Virus record (IMG/VR): IMGVR_UViG_3300002307_000130
Coordinates: 1 to 35,857 of that record
Length of the DNA: 35,857 bases
Source of the DNA: a virus
Lineage: Duplodnaviria > Caudoviricetes
Direction: 5' to 3' (one strand)
The notes beneath the pieces are model-generated. The model did no database searches. It was not told the DNA's origin and saw only the letters and a program-made list of their open reading frames with translations. The position numbers and the translations under genes are program-made. Shown here one piece after another: positions 7,727 through 17,187 of this stretch (the stretch's first letter is position 1; every line of letters begins with the position of its first letter).

Positions 7727-8695
7727 ATGGATCAAAATGAACGAGCAGAAAAGTTTGCCCAAGACGAAATTTCGAAAATTCCACCTGGCGACAGAATAAA
7801 AGATCGTACACCCGCACCTAAGGAAGCAGAAGAAGTTCAAGAAACTGATGGTACTGAAAATGATGATTTCAAATTCGTACCACCAGTAGAAGACGAAGAA
7901 TCTGATGACGAAGATGAGGAAGACGACGAATCCCATGAAGATGATGAAGACGATGATAATCCCTCAAAAATTCCTAAATCTTTTTTAGATAAGGAAAAAG
8001 CTAAGCGATTGAAATTAAAAGAAGAAAATAAGCGACTAAGGCAAATAGTTGCAGATTCTATCGGTAAAAAAGTTGATGATGTTTCTGAAGATGATTTTTC
8101 AGAACTTACCGACGAACTTGCAAAAGAACTAGGTATTGATGATAAAGATAATGCTGCCAAACTTTTGAAAGTAATGGCAAAATTAAACAAACGTCAGAGT
8201 GACCCAGTTATTAAAGCTTTACAATCAAAAATCGACCAATTAGAAAGTAAAGAAAATGAAAAAACTCTTATTGAAACTTATAAATCAGAATGGAATGATT
8301 TTCAAAAAGACCTTGGAAAAGAATTTCCTGATTTAAGTAAAGAAGATTCGAGAAAAGTTTCTGAACTTATGTATACACTTTCTCATACACCTGGTATTGG
8401 AGGTGTTGAATATGTTGATATTGATGGTAAACGAAAACTAAATCCTTACGACCTTAGTTATATCTTTTATAAAAATCGTGATAAATTTGAAGAAGTTGTG
8501 TCAGGTAAAAAGGTAAAAGGTATGGAAGTTAGTCGTACAAGAGGCGCGACATACAAAGAACCTAATAAGTCAGGAGACTCAAAACCATTAACAAAAGATG
8601 CTCCAGTTTCTGATATTATGAAACGAGATCAAGAAATGAGACTCACTGAATCAAGACGCAATTCTCTTCGAGAGGGTGGAAACAATCGAATCTAG
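7727..8695 (+). CDS. Capsid scaffolding protein
   Basis: D/E-rich N-terminus plus coiled coil, directly before the capsid gene; likely start MDQNER. Confidence 0.75.
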   Translation: MDQNERAEKFAQDEISKIPPGDRIKDRTPAPKEAEEVQETDGTENDDFKFVPPVEDEESDDEDEEDDESHEDDEDDDNPSKIPKSFLDKEKAKRLKLKEENKRLRQIVADSIGKKVDDVSEDDFSELTDELAKELGIDDKDNAAKLLKVMAKLNKRQSDPVIKALQSKIDQLESKENEKTLIETYKSEWNDFQKDLGKEFPDLSKEDSRKVSELMYTLSHTPGIGGVEYVDIDGKRKLNPYDLSYIFYKNRDKFEEVVSGKKVKGMEVSRTRGATYKEPNKSGDSKPLTKDAPVSDIMKRDQEMRLTESRRNSLREGGNNRI

Positions 8696-8740
8696 TTATC
8701 TTAATGGGAATTATAATTTTTAATTTAAACCGACCTAATT

Positions 8741-10135
8741 ATGAATCCCAACCCTAACACACTCGATTTTAAACAGACATGGGAAGAAATGTACGAAATT
8801 GTACATTGGAAAGTTCCCGCATATAAAGCTATTGCCGATGAATCTTTCAAAGACATTCTAGAAAAAGGTCAGGTACTTCACCGAACTTTTGGTTCAGACT
8901 TTGTAGTTGAAAACATGGGTGGAGATGGTGGATACAACAACCAAGCATGGACAGATACTGATGAAACTTTGACCGTTAACTACGTTAAAGATTCTTCATT
9001 CTATGTTAAAAAGCTTGATAAGTTGCAGTATGACAAACCAGAACAGCAGCATTACGCACGACAGTCAATGAACGCACTTTTCTTGCAAATGGATTCAGAT
9101 GTACTTGGTACAGCTTTCCAAGGAGCAGGTTCAGTCGTTGATGACGGTGCTCTTGGAGGAGTTCCAGGAAATGGAATTACTCTTACTGTTGGTAACGTAA
9201 TGGCAGTTTGTGCACAAGCTGAACAAGCTCTTCGATTGGCTAACGTGATCTATGATCCATCAGCACAATTCACCGGAGACTTTAAACTTGATCGAACAAA
9301 GAACATGCCAGTTGCTATCATTTCTGCCCAGTTCTACTCAATCTTGCTCCAATTCCTTGGAGGTAAGACAACTGAACTCGGAGACAATGTTTCAATTTCT
9401 GGATACGTTGGTAAGTACTTTGGATTTAACTTGTACTGTTCAAACAACCTTGCTTGGACAGGACAACTTTCTCTAGCTACAAACCCAACAGCAGGTGATA
9501 CTTTCTCATTCCTTTACGGAATCAATAACGTAATTGGAGGAACACCAGTAAGTCAGGTTATTACATTTACAATGGTTTCAACTCTTACAGCATCAGCAGC
9601 TGGAAGTATTTTGATTGGAGGTTCAGCATCAGCTACAGTTGCAAACATTGTTGCAGCACTTAATGCTCCATTTACATCAAGTGGTACTTATAATCCATTG
9701 GTTTATAGTTCATTGACAACAACACAGAAGAAATTCTTTGGAAATCCTTCAAACGGAGGACCTGGAAACTTCTCTGCTGCAATTAACGGAACTACAAACA
9801 CTATTGTTAACGTTCAGTCAAACGGACAAGGAAACGTTCCAGTTTCACAATCTATGACTGCTTCTGGAAATGCTTGGACAACAACACAACAGAAACAGCA
9901 CTGTCTCTTCGGTGTTACAAAATCAATTTCAGTGGTACTCCAATACGGACCATACCTTGAAATCGTTCAGTCAAATCCAGCAGCTGGTTCAGGTAATTCA
10001 GGTCGTATCGGATGGGACTTTGTTACATGGATGACGTACGGAATTAAAGTATTTAATGATCAGTCACCAATGCTTGTTGACGTTCAGATCAATACTACAC
10101 AGTTCACTACAAACCCAGTTAACACATTTGTTTAA
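8741..10135 (+). CDS. Major capsid protein (HK97 fold, P22-like) with an internal insertion
   Basis: G.VLH..., DTDETLTVN, G.VGKYFGFNLYCSNNL and terminal YGIKVF patterns typical of P22-like coat proteins; follows the scaffold gene. Confidence 0.85.
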   Translation: MNPNPNTLDFKQTWEEMYEIVHWKVPAYKAIADESFKDILEKGQVLHRTFGSDFVVENMGGDGGYNNQAWTDTDETLTVNYVKDSSFYVKKLDKLQYDKPEQQHYARQSMNALFLQMDSDVLGTAFQGAGSVVDDGALGGVPGNGITLTVGNVMAVCAQAEQALRLANVIYDPSAQFTGDFKLDRTKNMPVAIISAQFYSILLQFLGGKTTELGDNVSISGYVGKYFGFNLYCSNNLAWTGQLSLATNPTAGDTFSFLYGINNVIGGTPVSQVITFTMVSTLTASAAGSILIGGSASATVANIVAALNAPFTSSGTYNPLVYSSLTTTQKKFFGNPSNGGPGNFSAAINGTTNTIVNVQSNGQGNVPVSQSMTASGNAWTTTQQKQHCLFGVTKSISVVLQYGPYLEIVQSNPAAGSGNSGRIGWDFVTWMTYGIKVFNDQSPMLVDVQINTTQFTTNPVNTFV

Positions 10136-10171
10136 TAGCTAATCAGTTATCTTAATTGATAACTCAACACC

Positions 10172-10615
10172 ATGAGTACACTTCAAAAAGTAATCGCTGG
10201 TATTGTTGCGTTAGCTCTTATTGTTCTCGTTGTTATTGGATTCACTCATAAAAGTGCAACCCTTGGCGATGCAACAGTAAGTAATTATCCCACTTGGTAT
10301 TACAATGGAATTGTAATTGGAAAGGATAACAGTTTGCTTACTAATCTTGATTTTGGACAATGTTCAGTATTGGGACAAGTAAGCATTGCTACTGCTCACA
10401 GTGAATCTGTAACCTGTTCAGTGCCAAAAGCACTTGCAGGAGACAAAGTAGTTGTAACATCAACTAATGCGAGTGTTGGATCTTCAACAGCAGGATTTGT
10501 TATTTCAGCAGCTTCGGTTGCTACATCAGGAACCATCTCAATGACACTTTCAAATGTCTCAGGTACTACTGCTACTCCTGCTATTGGTCCCGTAAACTAC
10601 GTATTATTGCGATAA
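10172..10615 (+). CDS. Beta-rich structural-region protein with N-terminal TM/signal segment
   Basis: KVIAGIVALALIVLVVIG followed by a S/T/V-rich domain. Confidence 0.75.
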   Translation: MSTLQKVIAGIVALALIVLVVIGFTHKSATLGDATVSNYPTWYYNGIVIGKDNSLLTNLDFGQCSVLGQVSIATAHSESVTCSVPKALAGDKVVVTSTNASVGSSTAGFVISAASVATSGTISMTLSNVSGTTATPAIGPVNYVLLR

Positions 10616-10688
10616 TGACTCTACTCGGGGGGTTTATACCCCTCGAGATAGGGTCGTTAACTATTAGCAACCCTCAACCATAACCACT

Positions 10689-11099
10689 ATGAAAAAAATC
10701 TTTAATTTAACTTCAATTTCGATTATTGCCTCTACTGCGATCTTTATTGTGGGTATCCATTTCGTTTGGAATATTTCAAATATCCCAACTGCAAGTGCTC
10801 AACAAGGGGGTTCAAACTATATTACTAAGATGAACATTTCTACAGGTGTAAGTGTTGCAACATCATCTGTAAACTTGTTACCAGCTTCATCAGGTCGTGT
10901 ATATGCTGTAATTGTAAATGATGGAACAGAACCTGTTTATTTAAGTATGAACGGAAGTTCTGCTATTCCAAATCAGGGTGTTCGAATTAACCCAAATGGA
11001 GGTTCATATGAAATTAACTTCCTTAATCAATATGTCGGAGCAATCAATGCTATTACAGAAACAGGTACATCAAATGTTACTGTAGAAGCATCTCAATAA
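10689..11099 (+). CDS. Decoration-like beta protein with signal peptide
   Basis: MKK plus hydrophobic core plus ASA site; RVYAVIVND...VYL...GVRINPNGGSY. Confidence 0.75.
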   Translation: MKKIFNLTSISIIASTAIFIVGIHFVWNISNIPTASAQQGGSNYITKMNISTGVSVATSSVNLLPASSGRVYAVIVNDGTEPVYLSMNGSSAIPNQGVRINPNGGSYEINFLNQYVGAINAITETGTSNVTVEASQ

Positions 11100-11103
11100 A
11101 TTT

Positions 11104-12897
11104 ATGAAAAAGTACAATTTCTTAAAAATCTTATTTTCTTTTATTTTAGGATCGCTTGTACTTACAGGTGCTGGTTTTGCATCTGCATATATTTATAATC
11201 CTACTATTAGTGGAGGAGGTGGAGCAGGTAATCCATCTACACCTTTTACGGGAATCCAGTACAACAACTCTGGCTCTTTTGGTGCGGATGCAGATCATAC
11301 GATTGACCCTTCTACTGGAAATACCACATTAAAAAATACGCTTACAAACGTACCAGGAGTAGCTGGTTTGTATTCTGGTTCTGATTTTCCAGGTTTCCCA
11401 GTAACAGTTCCTGGTGCTGGTTCTTATTACATTTTAGATAATGGTGACTATTTGATAAACGGAGATTTTGACCTAACTGGAATCGTTAATGGTCTTAGCT
11501 ATGGTTCAGTATCTGGACTAATAAACTTTACAAATAATAACCAGGCTATTGCATTTGCTCAACCAGATGGTTCAGGTGGATATGGATATTTTATTCAAAC
11601 ACAAAATGGAACTGGTGGATCATTAGGTTCCGTTTTAGGTCTTTCTAACAGTCAAGCGTTTTTGCAAACAATTGATGGAAATAACAACACTTCCGCAGGT
11701 TTAAATGTACAAATGTATGACGCAGATCCAAATAAAAATCTTGCATCTCTACAAAACCAAGATATTTATGGAAACGTAAATTCAATTTATGTAGATAAGT
11801 CAGGTTCACATATCAGTCAGGGAATTTCAACATTTAATTTCCCAACAACAGATGGAACAAATGGACAAGTTCTCACTACCGATGGCTCTGGCAACTGGAC
11901 ATTTCAAAACCCATCAGGAGGTTCAGGTTTAATTGGTTGGACAGAAGGTTATGGAACAAACGGAAATGCTTCATTTGGAGATTTTGCTCTTGGAAACACA
12001 ACACCAGGTGGCCCAGGATACGGTGGAGGTTATGCAAACACAGCGATTGGTGGACAATCTTTATATCAACTTGGAACTGATTCAGGAAGTGGTGGTTCAT
12101 ATTCACGAAACACAGCAGTAGGTTTTGCAGCAATGCCAGGAGTTGTTGCTGGATACCTCAATACAGCAATCGGATACCAAGCAATGAATGGTGTAGTAGA
12201 TAATACTCACCAAATTTATGGAAACGTATTTGTAGGTTCAGACAGCAGTATTGATGGTTCAGGAGATACAGTAAATGGAGTTTATATCGGAGATAGCATT
12301 ACAACATCAGAAGGCATTGGAACAGTTGCCATTGGTCAGGCAATCAATGTAGGTGCTGGAGTTTCTGGTTCAGTATGTCTTGGACAAGGAGCAAATTGTA
12401 GTCTCAGTGATACATTTTCACTTGCTGATACTATCGGACAAACTCGAATTGCTGGCGTAAATTATGGCTGGCCTGGAACACAAGGATCAACTGGATCGGT
12501 TTTAACAAATGATGGTTCTGGAAACCTTAGTTGGAATCTACCTGATTCACAAGTTCCCTCAAATGTAAATTTGATTAACCAAGGAATCGCAGTTGGTTCA
12601 ATTGTTGTTACTAACGTAACAGTTCCCGCAATTACAACTACTTACCAAGTAGGTGGGTACATGAATATCAATTCTATTACAGGTGGAGCAGATCTTAAAT
12701 ACGAAATAACGTATACAGATGAAAATAATAATGGAAAAGCAATTGATATTATTCCAAGTGAAACAGCAACTGGTGATTATAGTGCAACACCTACAATCAT
12801 CCGATGTCTTGCAGGTTCATCAATTGGAGTATTTGTAATCAATGCAACAGGGTCGGCCAATGTTGATGTTGGGGCAGTAGTAACCAAATATAACTAA
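11104..12897 (+). CDS. Fibre/adhesin-like protein with signal peptide
   Basis: 28-aa signal ending ASA; IQYNNSGSFGA, GQVLTTDGSGNWTF and GSVLTNDGSGNLSW fibre repeats; NTA(I/V)G beta-roll repeats. Confidence 0.75.
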   Translation: MKKYNFLKILFSFILGSLVLTGAGFASAYIYNPTISGGGGAGNPSTPFTGIQYNNSGSFGADADHTIDPSTGNTTLKNTLTNVPGVAGLYSGSDFPGFPVTVPGAGSYYILDNGDYLINGDFDLTGIVNGLSYGSVSGLINFTNNNQAIAFAQPDGSGGYGYFIQTQNGTGGSLGSVLGLSNSQAFLQTIDGNNNTSAGLNVQMYDADPNKNLASLQNQDIYGNVNSIYVDKSGSHISQGISTFNFPTTDGTNGQVLTTDGSGNWTFQNPSGGSGLIGWTEGYGTNGNASFGDFALGNTTPGGPGYGGGYANTAIGGQSLYQLGTDSGSGGSYSRNTAVGFAAMPGVVAGYLNTAIGYQAMNGVVDNTHQIYGNVFVGSDSSIDGSGDTVNGVYIGDSITTSEGIGTVAIGQAINVGAGVSGSVCLGQGANCSLSDTFSLADTIGQTRIAGVNYGWPGTQGSTGSVLTNDGSGNLSWNLPDSQVPSNVNLINQGIAVGSIVVTNVTVPAITTTYQVGGYMNINSITGGADLKYEITYTDENNNGKAIDIIPSETATGDYSATPTIIRCLAGSSIGVFVINATGSANVDVGAVVTKYN

Positions 12898-12898
12898 T

Positions 12899-14497
12899 AT
12901 GAAAAATAAACTCACAAACATATTAAAATATGTATTTCTAGTTTTGATTTCATTGAGTTTTTCAGCAAATTATTCTTTTGCTTATATATATAATCCATCA
13001 GGAAATATTTTAGGTGGAGTTGTCCAATCAGTAGTTGCTGGAACAAACGTACAAGTTGATAATACAGACCCACAAAATCCAGTAGTAAGTTCAAGTTTCA
13101 CTCAAACAGGAAAGTATCTTATTTCAGGAGGTGCTTCATGGTCAGGTACAGGTTATGTATATAACGTTTCGGCATTATCATTCTTCTTTGATGGTAATTA
13201 TACTGCAAGTCCAACAACAGTTACATTCTCAACTCCGGATTCAACTCATGATCGAATTGATGCCATAGTAGTAAATCAGGCAGGTACGGTAAGTATTATT
13301 CAAGGAACACCAGATGCAAATCCAATTGCACCTATTATTCCTGATACGGACCTTTTGGTTCAATATGAAATTGTGGAGGCTGGAACTACTCAACCAACGA
13401 TTACCCAAGAACCAATTTATGTTGACTATCCTACTGCGAATTGGACACCAACAAATTTTACAGTTTCAGGTACTCCAACTGGGTCAACAAACTTTGCAGC
13501 AACAAACAGTTGTTATCAAGGAACCACATGTATTGATAACTTAAGAGACGGAAGAACTGGTGACTTGTTTACAAGAGCATCAAATATTACCTTATCGAAT
13601 TACACAGTACTTACTGAGTGGGTTCGATTTACTTCTCCGATTGCTGCAAATAAATCGTTAAATATAAATTGGCAAACTTCTACAGGTTCAAATGTTGGAG
13701 GTACTCTAAGTTTGTTTAACTACGGAGTATCAAGAAATATTGTAAATACATGGCAACAAGCAATTATTCCAATTACAGCATTTGGATCAATTACACAGGC
13801 TGAAAAATTACGAGAAATAATGGCTGGTGGTACAAATGGTATGAATGTTGAATGGGATTTAGACTACATTATTTTGGCAAATAGCGCAGTTCCACAAGGT
13901 AATGCACCAACTATTGCAATTCAAAATACAGGAACTCCTGTAGCTTCTCAAGGAACAATTAACTTTATTCCGCCTACAGGGCAATCAAATGTAATTACAA
14001 ATAATGCAACAAATAATCGAGTTAATGTAACTCTAAATAGCACAAGTTTGTTTGACACTGGAACGCCAGTATCAACACAAATTCCAATTTATACAGGGAC
14101 TGGATATGGAGTAACTTCAACACCAAACTTCAATTACAACACAAGTACTGATGCTTTCGACTTTGGAAGTCATGGTACAGGTGCTCAATTGGAAGGAGAC
14201 TCAACAGGTACATATTTCTACGGCCCACAGTATAATTTCCAAGCTGGATCAGCTGAACCACTTTATATGGCATCTGCGGGTGGAAATCCTTTTATATCAG
14301 TGGGAGATAATGGTGCAACAGGAAATGGTACGAAATTAATGGTAATTGATTCAATCAATGCAACAGAATCTACCAAGGATTTGTATGTAAATAATGCTGC
14401 ATATGGTCTAGTTCTAAAAGATACAGTTGGCGGAGCTTGTTATCGAATCCAAATTACTAGCGGACTATTAGTTCCATCGGCAATAACATGCCCATAA
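12899..14497 (+). CDS. Fibre/adhesin-like protein with signal peptide
   Basis: 28-aa signal ending SFA; VVAGTNVQVDNTDPQNPVVS, DRIDAIVV, possible carbohydrate-binding beta-sandwich (WQQAIIPITAFG). Confidence 0.75.
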   Translation: MKNKLTNILKYVFLVLISLSFSANYSFAYIYNPSGNILGGVVQSVVAGTNVQVDNTDPQNPVVSSSFTQTGKYLISGGASWSGTGYVYNVSALSFFFDGNYTASPTTVTFSTPDSTHDRIDAIVVNQAGTVSIIQGTPDANPIAPIIPDTDLLVQYEIVEAGTTQPTITQEPIYVDYPTANWTPTNFTVSGTPTGSTNFAATNSCYQGTTCIDNLRDGRTGDLFTRASNITLSNYTVLTEWVRFTSPIAANKSLNINWQTSTGSNVGGTLSLFNYGVSRNIVNTWQQAIIPITAFGSITQAEKLREIMAGGTNGMNVEWDLDYIILANSAVPQGNAPTIAIQNTGTPVASQGTINFIPPTGQSNVITNNATNNRVNVTLNSTSLFDTGTPVSTQIPIYTGTGYGVTSTPNFNYNTSTDAFDFGSHGTGAQLEGDSTGTYFYGPQYNFQAGSAEPLYMASAGGNPFISVGDNGATGNGTKLMVIDSINATESTKDLYVNNAAYGLVLKDTVGGACYRIQITSGLLVPSAITCP

Positions 14498-14502
14498 TCA
14501 TT

Positions 14503-14832
14503 ATGAAAAAATATCTTTCACTTATTGCAATCATAGCCATCTTGCTCGGAGGATTCTCATTTGCACACGCATCAGGAATTTCTTGGGCAAATATTCGAAA
14601 GCCAATAGATAACACACTCGGGGTGCTAACTAGTCAGACTGTTGATACAGTCAATGGTTTAGAAATCGAAGTTGACACATATACCAATTCTTCAAACATT
14701 ACTACCCAAAAAACCTTTACAGTATCAAAAGCATATTACGCATCTGATATTGCACAGGCACAGGCAAAAATTACAAGACTACAAGCAAAAATTGCCAAAG
14801 AGCAAGCTTTATCGGCTCAACTTATTTCGTAG
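14503..14832 (+). CDS. Secreted-type small protein with C-terminal coiled coil
   Basis: MKKYLSLIAIIAILLGGFSFAHA signal peptide. Confidence 0.75.
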   Translation: MKKYLSLIAIIAILLGGFSFAHASGISWANIRKPIDNTLGVLTSQTVDTVNGLEIEVDTYTNSSNITTQKTFTVSKAYYASDIAQAQAKITRLQAKIAKEQALSAQLIS

Positions 14833-14897
14833 TACTGTAGGGCAACCAATTTATTTGGTTTCCCTATCAGTCTTATGATAAAGACTGTTTAATAATT

Positions 14898-15272
14898 ATG
14901 GAGGAACCTTATTCAAAACGAGAACTAGATAACTTTTTTGGTGGTATTTCAGATCACCTAAAAACACAAGATGAAATTCTTGTGAGAATTGAAGACCAAA
15001 CAAAAAAAACCAATGGTCGTGTTACAAGACTTGAAGATTGGTCCGTAGATGCCAAAAAGATTATTGAAAGTTCTGCAAAAATGATTGCTAATGTTGATAA
15101 AGATTACGAAAAATCAAAAGTTCGTATGTATACGGCACTAGGAGTCCTTATTTTTTGTGCAGCAACCATTGCAAGTCTATCTGTTATGGCGGCTAAAAGT
15201 TTTATTAAACAACAAATACAAAATGGGTTTAGTTCCATAGAAAAGCGATATAATATTAATGTAGATAACTAA
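14898..15272 (+). CDS. Holin-like membrane protein
   Basis: Coiled coil (QTKKTNGRVTRLE) followed by one TM helix; upstream of the LysM peptidase. Confidence 0.55.
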   Translation: MEEPYSKRELDNFFGGISDHLKTQDEILVRIEDQTKKTNGRVTRLEDWSVDAKKIIESSAKMIANVDKDYEKSKVRMYTALGVLIFCAATIASLSVMAAKSFIKQQIQNGFSSIEKRYNINVDN

Positions 15273-15274
15273 CT

Positions 15275-15406
15275 ATGAAAAAAAATATTTTGCTTACTAG
15301 AAAACCAAAAGGTACAATAACTTTGAAAAGTAAATCAGTTAATGTTCCAGGAAAAGATGCTGATAGGTTAGTGGTTACAAGAAAGTCAAAGAATAAATAC
15401 GCTTAA
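15275..15406 (+). CDS. Small basic protein (43 aa)
   Basis: [21 protein letters not shown]...[10 protein letters not shown] fills the intergenic gap; not in the ORF track. Confidence 0.55.
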   Translation: MKKNILLTRKPKGTITLKSKSVNVPGKDADRLVVTRKSKNKYA

Positions 15407-15431
15407 ATTATTAATTATTTACTTTAAATAT

Positions 15432-16433
15432 ATGTACGGAAAAGGATTACAAAAACTTCCAGTTGATACAAGAGATTACTCTCATCATGAAAACTTTGGA
15501 TCGCTCGGAGCGAGTAGTCTTCCAGTAAAAGACTTTACTATTTACGATAGTTTTACATATACTGTACAAAAAGGTGATACTTTGTCTGCAATTGCAGTTA
15601 AATTTGGAACTTCTGTTGCAAATATCTGTTTTTTAAACAAAATATCAAACCCAAATCTTATATTTATAGGACAAAATTTGGTTTTTTCTGCAATGAACCC
15701 GACAATTCTTAACCAAGTAGCTTTAGATTTTTGCACCTCTTATTCTATTGCTGAAATACAAAACGCTATGTGGGGTATTCCATTTGATCCTCTATATCAA
15801 ATGGCAAAAATATTCCAATTAATGGGTAGTTATTTAGGATATGGGGCTAATATACGAACTGCATGCCTCTCAGTCCTCAAATTTGGCTCATTACAGGCTA
15901 ATTTGGCACCGTATCGTTACTCTGGCTCATTATCTGATCCGTCACGTGAATTTTTGGCAAATTGGGCCAACTATCCTACAGGATTAGATTCTTTAGCAAA
16001 TAAATTTAGAGACTTATCGTTTTTTAATGTAGATGGTACAAATGATTTTTTTGATAATATACGTTCTGCCTTATATTTACATAAACAACAAAGACAGGGT
16101 GTGCTTATAGGTCTTGTATGGCATCCAGAGTGGACAGAGGTACCAAATGGTATTATCCCTGATCAAATGCCAACTTCAATGGGAGAGGGTCATGCTATGA
16201 TGTGGGTAGGACAAAAGACTATTAACGGTAATCTTTACATTGTTGCACAACAAACATGGGGTCCAAATGCTGGTGATAAGGGGTTCTATTATTTCCCTAG
16301 AAGTATTGTTAACCAAATAGGAAATCAAGGATTCGGTGCATTTATTTTTAGTCGCTTTGATAAGTCAGGGATTACAAATCAAACTTTTTTCGGGTCGTTT
16401 TTAGAATCAATTAAGTCATTTTTAGGTATATGA
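15432..16433 (+). CDS. LysM plus papain-like (C1) cysteine peptidase
   Basis: Lys[14 protein letters not shown]...[11 protein letters not shown]; NQ....FC, GHAM and QQTWG...GDKGFYY papain motifs. Confidence 0.85.
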   Translation: MYGKGLQKLPVDTRDYSHHENFGSLGASSLPVKDFTIYDSFTYTVQKGDTLSAIAVKFGTSVANICFLNKISNPNLIFIGQNLVFSAMNPTILNQVALDFCTSYSIAEIQNAMWGIPFDPLYQMAKIFQLMGSYLGYGANIRTACLSVLKFGSLQANLAPYRYSGSLSDPSREFLANWANYPTGLDSLANKFRDLSFFNVDGTNDFFDNIRSALYLHKQQRQGVLIGLVWHPEWTEVPNGIIPDQMPTSMGEGHAMMWVGQKTINGNLYIVAQQTWGPNAGDKGFYYFPRSIVNQIGNQGFGAFIFSRFDKSGITNQTFFGSFLESIKSFLGI

Positions 16434-17182
16434 CACCACAAACAGGACAAGATTTATTAAACTTTGTTACCAGTATTTTAGGAGGTCAGTCTCCAAGTCC
16501 TTCATATATTTTACAATTGATTAATATTGAACGTCAGATTATTGAAAATATGAAGCCTTGGAAAGTTCTAATTGCTTTAAATAATGAAGTAACTATTGAT
16601 GGAACAAATACATGGCAAACACCAATTCCTCTTCCTAAAAAGAATAGTTCTACTGGAGAAGATGTCGATTTTGTTCGGTGGATGAATGAGGGATCAGTAC
16701 TTCTTTTTAATGGAAATCTTGATGTGGAAGATATTACAGAAGTTCCATACGAAGCACTGCTTGATTACCAATTCCAGTATGGTCGCTATGCAGTAGACTA
16801 TGGTGCTGGAAATATGTATTTCACAGGTATAATTCCTAGTACCTATCAAGTTTATATGTATTTTATTGCTGATTATGGAGACATTCAACTTACAACAACA
16901 TGGAAACACTTTCCATCAAGGTTTGCAAAAATTCTTGCATTCAGAGCCGCTGCAAGATGGAGGCTTGGCACAAGTTATGACGATGTTGCAGCAAGAAATG
17001 CTGATGATAACTATAAAGCTGGACAGGCACTGTATGAAGCAATGGATAACTGGGATACAGAACTTAATATTGCTTCTTATAATGCAGTAGATTATAAAAA
17101 TGATAGGTACCCTGGAATTGTTGGAGGTGCTGGAAATGGATCCAACTTTAATTGGTGGGGTCAGAGATGGGGACCAATGTAA
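16430..17182 (+). CDS. Head-tail adaptor-like virion protein
   Basis: 250 aa before the large nozzle gene; [15 protein letters not shown] helix pattern; mainly positional. Confidence 0.6.
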   Translation: MTPQTGQDLLNFVTSILGGQSPSPSYILQLINIERQIIENMKPWKVLIALNNEVTIDGTNTWQTPIPLPKKNSSTGEDVDFVRWMNEGSVLLFNGNLDVEDITEVPYEALLDYQFQYGRYAVDYGAGNMYFTGIIPSTYQVYMYFIADYGDIQLTTTWKHFPSRFAKILAFRAAARWRLGTSYDDVAARNADDNYKAGQALYEAMDNWDTELNIASYNAVDYKNDRYPGIVGGAGNGSNFNWWGQRWGPM

Positions 17183-17187
17183 AATGT

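Noticed and set aside
7837-8190. Ser-rich minus-strand ORF and the other short shadow ORFs inside long genes
   Set aside because: These are antisense or off-frame by-products of biased codons in real genes, with no motifs.
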